Positions 60,614 to 64,000 of a stretch of 64,000 bases of DNA are shown here, piece after piece. Position 1 is the stretch's first letter. Each line of letters begins with the position of its first letter. A program made the position numbers and the translations under genes. Below the pieces are notes generated by a model. The model searched no databases and had not been told where the DNA came from. It worked only from the letters and a program-made list of their open reading frames with translations. Source of the stretch: Nitrosopumilus sp. (GTDB taxonomy: Archaea; Thermoproteota; Nitrososphaeria; Nitrososphaerales; Nitrosopumilaceae). Location: contig OZ243974.1 of NCBI GenBank assembly GCA_965214775.1, positions 2,464,001 to 2,528,000 on the forward strand, read 5' to 3'.

Positions 60614-61147
60614 ATGATGATGATGGAAAAGTTTCTTGACATTGCCATTAACCTCAAGAAAATACCCCGCAGAGGATGGGTTGAAAAACTAGATCTGAAA
60701 AATCCCGAGTCTGTGGCAGACCACACCTTCATGATGAGCGTGGTGGGGATGCTGGTATCGGATTATGAAGATCACGATTTTGAAAAAATCCTAAAGATGA
60801 CATTGCTGCATGACTTGGCCGAATCAAAAATAGGAGATTTCACTCCTGATCAAATCCCCAAAGAAAAAAAACTAGAGTTGGAAAATCGGGCTTTCCGTGA
60901 GCTGTTCGGTTTGCTGCCTTCCAACCTGCAAGAAAACTATCAAAAAATTTGGAACGAATTCACAGAATGCAAAACAGACGACTCCAAACTTGTTCATGAA
61001 ATTGACAAATTAGAGATGGCCATTCAGGCAAAAAAATACGAACAAAGTGGAATTTCTAGAGAAAAGTTGCAGACATTCTACGATTCAGCAGAAAAAGGGA
61101 TTCACCATCCCAAATTAAAAGAATTATTTACAAAGATGTGCAAGTGA
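60614..61147 (+). CDS. HD-domain hydrolase (YfbR/HDDC2-like)
   Basis: RRGW, ESVADH, LHDLAE, DKLE. Confidence 0.9.
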   Translation: MMMMEKFLDIAINLKKIPRRGWVEKLDLKNPESVADHTFMMSVVGMLVSDYEDHDFEKILKMTLLHDLAESKIGDFTPDQIPKEKKLELENRAFRELFGLLPSNLQENYQKIWNEFTECKTDDSKLVHEIDKLEMAIQAKKYEQSGISREKLQTFYDSAEKGIHHPKLKELFTKMCK

Positions 61148-61152
61148 CAGCA

Positions 61153-61377
61153 ATGTCTGAGCAAAACAAAGACGAGTTAATCGAAGCTCAAAAACAGGTA
61201 ATCGGCATCTTGTTTGAGGTGATAAAACGCCTTCAGGCAAACAACGATCTTGACGAAGAGTATTTCAAAATCGTATCAAGCCCCAACAATGATGAAAAGC
61301 GGTTAAGGGAAATCATCAAGGAAAGGGCAGAAAACGCCAAGATTGCAGGCAGGCTGCTAGGGCAACTGGAGATATAG
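61153..61377 (+). CDS. Hypothetical protein
   Basis: Short helical ORF in operon with the HD hydrolase. Confidence 0.7.
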   Translation: MSEQNKDELIEAQKQVIGILFEVIKRLQANNDLDEEYFKIVSSPNNDEKRLREIIKERAENAKIAGRLLGQLEI

Positions 61378-61379
61378 CA

Positions 61380-61715
61380 TCAACATATGTGGCTGCTGTT
61401 ACCGCTGTCACTACCGCTATTGCAATCATCATCTGAAATCATTCTCAATTGTGATCCTTGTTGAAATTTGTCCTGAACATAATTTGACAAGTTTGCAATT
61501 CTGATGATTGGCTCTCTTGTCCTCCAACTTCCCTCGTTTTCAAACCAGAACTCTATCTCATCCACATCGTATCTTTCTCCGTCCTCGACTAATTTTTTAA
61601 AAATGGATTTTATTTCACTGACTTCTGATTCGGACAGTTTTGATTTGTCTTCAACCATGGTTGTAATTTCGTTTAGCTTGACGATTATTGGATTTGTCAG
61701 GGGCATAATCTGCAA
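61380..61715 (-). CDS. Hypothetical protein
   Basis: 111-aa ORF. Confidence 0.7.
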   Translation of the reverse strand: MQIMPLTNPIIVKLNEITTMVEDKSKLSESEVSEIKSIFKKLVEDGERYDVDEIEFWFENEGSWRTREPIIRIANLSNYVQDKFQQGSQLRMISDDDCNSGSDSGNSSHIC

Positions 61716-61788
61716 GCATGGGGGATTCTATAACAATCTTTATTCTGAGGCAATATTGTTTTTATAACAAATCAAATCTCTTCCAAGC

Positions 61789-62136
61789 ATGCAGTATTTT
61801 CAAGCCCTAAAACTAGGACAAAAAAGGGTTGCCAAAGCAAGGGAATACCTGAATAGTCTGACTGATGGAAAGGCCATGCCTGCATTGGCACTTGTTGAGA
61901 ACAAATCAAGTGTATGGGAGCCCGTGGGCGAGGAGAATCTGTACGCATTTGTGGATGAATCTGCAGGTTTTGTTCTAACTGACAACAGTGGCTACATCTT
62001 GGCCCTGGTAGACAGGAGTGGGGCGTCTAAAACCATAGTTCAGGGAGTGACCAAGCCTCAAAAGGAAAGCCTGGAAAAAGCGTTTCAGGCAGACAGCATC
62101 CCGAAATTTGAAGGCAGGGTCATACTTCCAGTATAG
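61789..62136 (+). CDS. Hypothetical protein
   Basis: 115-aa ORF, TTTATAA upstream. Confidence 0.72.
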   Translation: MQYFQALKLGQKRVAKAREYLNSLTDGKAMPALALVENKSSVWEPVGEENLYAFVDESAGFVLTDNSGYILALVDRSGASKTIVQGVTKPQKESLEKAFQADSIPKFEGRVILPV

Positions 62137-62172
62137 CCAGAAAACGCAAGCCTTTAGTTATCATGTTGTGGA

Positions 62173-63408
62173 GTGGAAAAGGAAATGGGCAGATTTACCC
62201 AAGAAATTGAAGTTAGCGGACACCTGATTGACTCGATGATCCTGACTAAAATCTTTGACAAGGTCATGGATCTTAAAGGGGAATTCCAGGTTGAAGAAAT
62301 CAGCATCGGAAAAAGGAAAAAGGATCAATCATTTGCCAGGTTGCAAATCATCGCTAAAAATCAAAGGCATCTGGATGAAATTCTAAACACGGTTTATCGG
62401 GAAGGTGCAGTTTCCAAAATTCAAAAAGAAGTCGATTTGAAAAAATCCCCGAAAAATTACGTGATGCCTGATAATTTTTACAGCACAACTAACAACCACA
62501 CACAGGTTTTTCACAAAGGAGGATGGATTCAGGTTGAAAACATGATGATGGACAAATGTATTGTGGTAAAGTCAGGCAGGGCGTTTTGTGTTCCTGTAAG
62601 GGATGTGAAAAGGGGAGATGCCATTGTCGTCGGGGACAAGGGCGTCAAGATCACGCCTCCCGAAAGACCAAGGGAGGGGGTAAACGTATTTGAGTTCATG
62701 GGAAGTTCAAGTTCAAGCGAGAGGCCAACACAACATATTGCCAAAAAAGTGGCAGACGACATTTTTGAAACCAGAAAGAAAGGGGGGAAAATTGTAATCG
62801 TCGGAGGTCCTGCAATTGTACATACCGGTGCAGATGATGCGATTGCCGAATTGATAAGATCCGGCTACATTCACGGAGTTCTGGCAGGAAATGCGCTTGC
62901 AGTACATGATATAGAGTATGCAACGCTGGGCACCTCGTTGGGGATGAACGTGGATGATGCAACGCTGGCATACCACGGACATAGAAACCACATGGATGCA
63001 ATCAATGCCGTATTCAAGGCAGGCTCAATCCCCAACATGGTCAAGACCAAGAAACTTCAACGGGGGATCATGTACGAATGCGTAAAGAACAGAATCCCGT
63101 TTGTCCTGGCCGGCTCAATCCGTGATGATGGTCCGCTGCCTGATGTAATCACGGATGTCGCACAAGCTCAAAGGGAATACAAAAAGGTGCTAAAAGACGC
63201 AAGCATGGTCATCATGATTTCTACAATGCTTCACTCTATTGCAACGGGAAACATGCTTCCTGCAAATGTCAAGGTCATTGTTGTTGATATCAACCAGCCG
63301 ACTGTTACAAAACTCATGGACAGGGGGACATGGCAGGCACTGGGAATCGTATCTGATGTTGGCGCCTTTTTGCCCATGGTAGTACAGCAAATTAGAAAAA
63401 AGAGATAG
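62173..63408 (+). CDS. TIGR00300-family (LOR/SDH-like, ornithine cyclodeaminase-related) protein
   Basis: GHLIDS, FYSTTN, FMGSSSSSERP, LAGNALAVHDIE, AGSIRDDGPLP, HSIATGN. Confidence 0.88.
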   Translation: MEKEMGRFTQEIEVSGHLIDSMILTKIFDKVMDLKGEFQVEEISIGKRKKDQSFARLQIIAKNQRHLDEILNTVYREGAVSKIQKEVDLKKSPKNYVMPDNFYSTTNNHTQVFHKGGWIQVENMMMDKCIVVKSGRAFCVPVRDVKRGDAIVVGDKGVKITPPERPREGVNVFEFMGSSSSSERPTQHIAKKVADDIFETRKKGGKIVIVGGPAIVHTGADDAIAELIRSGYIHGVLAGNALAVHDIEYATLGTSLGMNVDDATLAYHGHRNHMDAINAVFKAGSIPNMVKTKKLQRGIMYECVKNRIPFVLAGSIRDDGPLPDVITDVAQAQREYKKVLKDASMVIMISTMLHSIATGNMLPANVKVIVVDINQPTVTKLMDRGTWQALGIVSDVGAFLPMVVQQIRKKR

Positions 63409-64000
63409 TCAAGAAGCAGCCTAGTATGCAGCAATCTCGTCCCGTTCGGGTCAAATTCTGATGGCAGTCTTTACAGGGGTAACCCGACTCATGGCGGCTG
63501 CACGCGGATCTGCAGGCGGCCTAACCTGACCTGTGTCAAACTTGGAGCCGTTTTTCCGGGAACTTCTGGGAAGGCCGGATGGACAAATTGACGGATTGAT
63601 GGATTTGTTTGCAGTCTCTACGTTGGTTATATGTTCATTTTTGCCACATTAACATTGCCCCTGAGAGATTATCCGAGGTTGAAAGCCGTGCAAGTCCGTG
63701 CCCTGATTTTTCTGTGCATCTGTCAAGTAATTTTACATACAGACAACCTGTCATTTGTAGGCACTAATCGATTTGATGCAGGTCCATTCGTGCATGATCC
63801 GAATCTGCCAATTTCGAATCAACACTCGTGGGTGCCCAACTATGCCGGGGCCGTCGCCTGGCGATCTGCTGATCTTCTCAACCTGGATGCTATCCCCAGA
63901 ATGATGCACAAAAGCAGGGCTATGACTCCCGCGATTGCCGCGCTCGTGAGCAGATCCATGCCGGAGCCGGCCCGTACCGGAGCCGGCCACTCATCTGGCC

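Noticed and set aside
63420-64000. Possible ncRNA or IS remnant after the TIGR00300 gene
   Set aside because: GC-rich and probably element debris, but no consistent fold, ends or ORF could be supported.

Overview
This is an archaeal window whose gene content and leaderless TATA promoters point to a Nitrosopumilaceae-type thaumarchaeon. The serpin/S8 cargo and heavy IS load suggest a host-associated (e.g. sponge) lineage, which is inference. Backbone genes lie at about 1-6.6 kb (bioB/bioA/bioD, DAACS symporter, HMG-CoA synthase, DsbA) and about 33-63.4 kb (GAPDH, thrC, thiolase/DUF35, purK/purE, ilvA, PduO, tRNA-Phe and others). Between them is a ~26 kb mobile region (6.6-32.9 kb) of nested insertions that can be reconstructed from the sequence. 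(i) An IS66 transposase is split in frame by a 16.4 kb tyrosine-recombinase element (9248-25620) with ~30-bp imperfect terminal inverted repeats and non-identical 6-bp crossover spacers. (ii) Directly behind that element's integrase is a head-to-tail array of four diverged ~0.9-1.4 kb modules. Each has an AbrB-like gene, module-specific short repeats, a conserved hairpin cluster and a decayed unknown ORF; this is the best candidate for an undescribed system. (iii) The same element carries a secreted serpin and a giant S8 protein lacking its catalytic Asp and His. (iv) An IS630 transposase is split at a TA by a composite element with IS630-type ends carrying an AbiE toxin-antitoxin pair. Also present are an atypical CAG-anticodon tRNA with G73, several MITE families, and two Cys-rich microproteins missed by the ORF track. 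All alignments were done by eye; no database searches were run.
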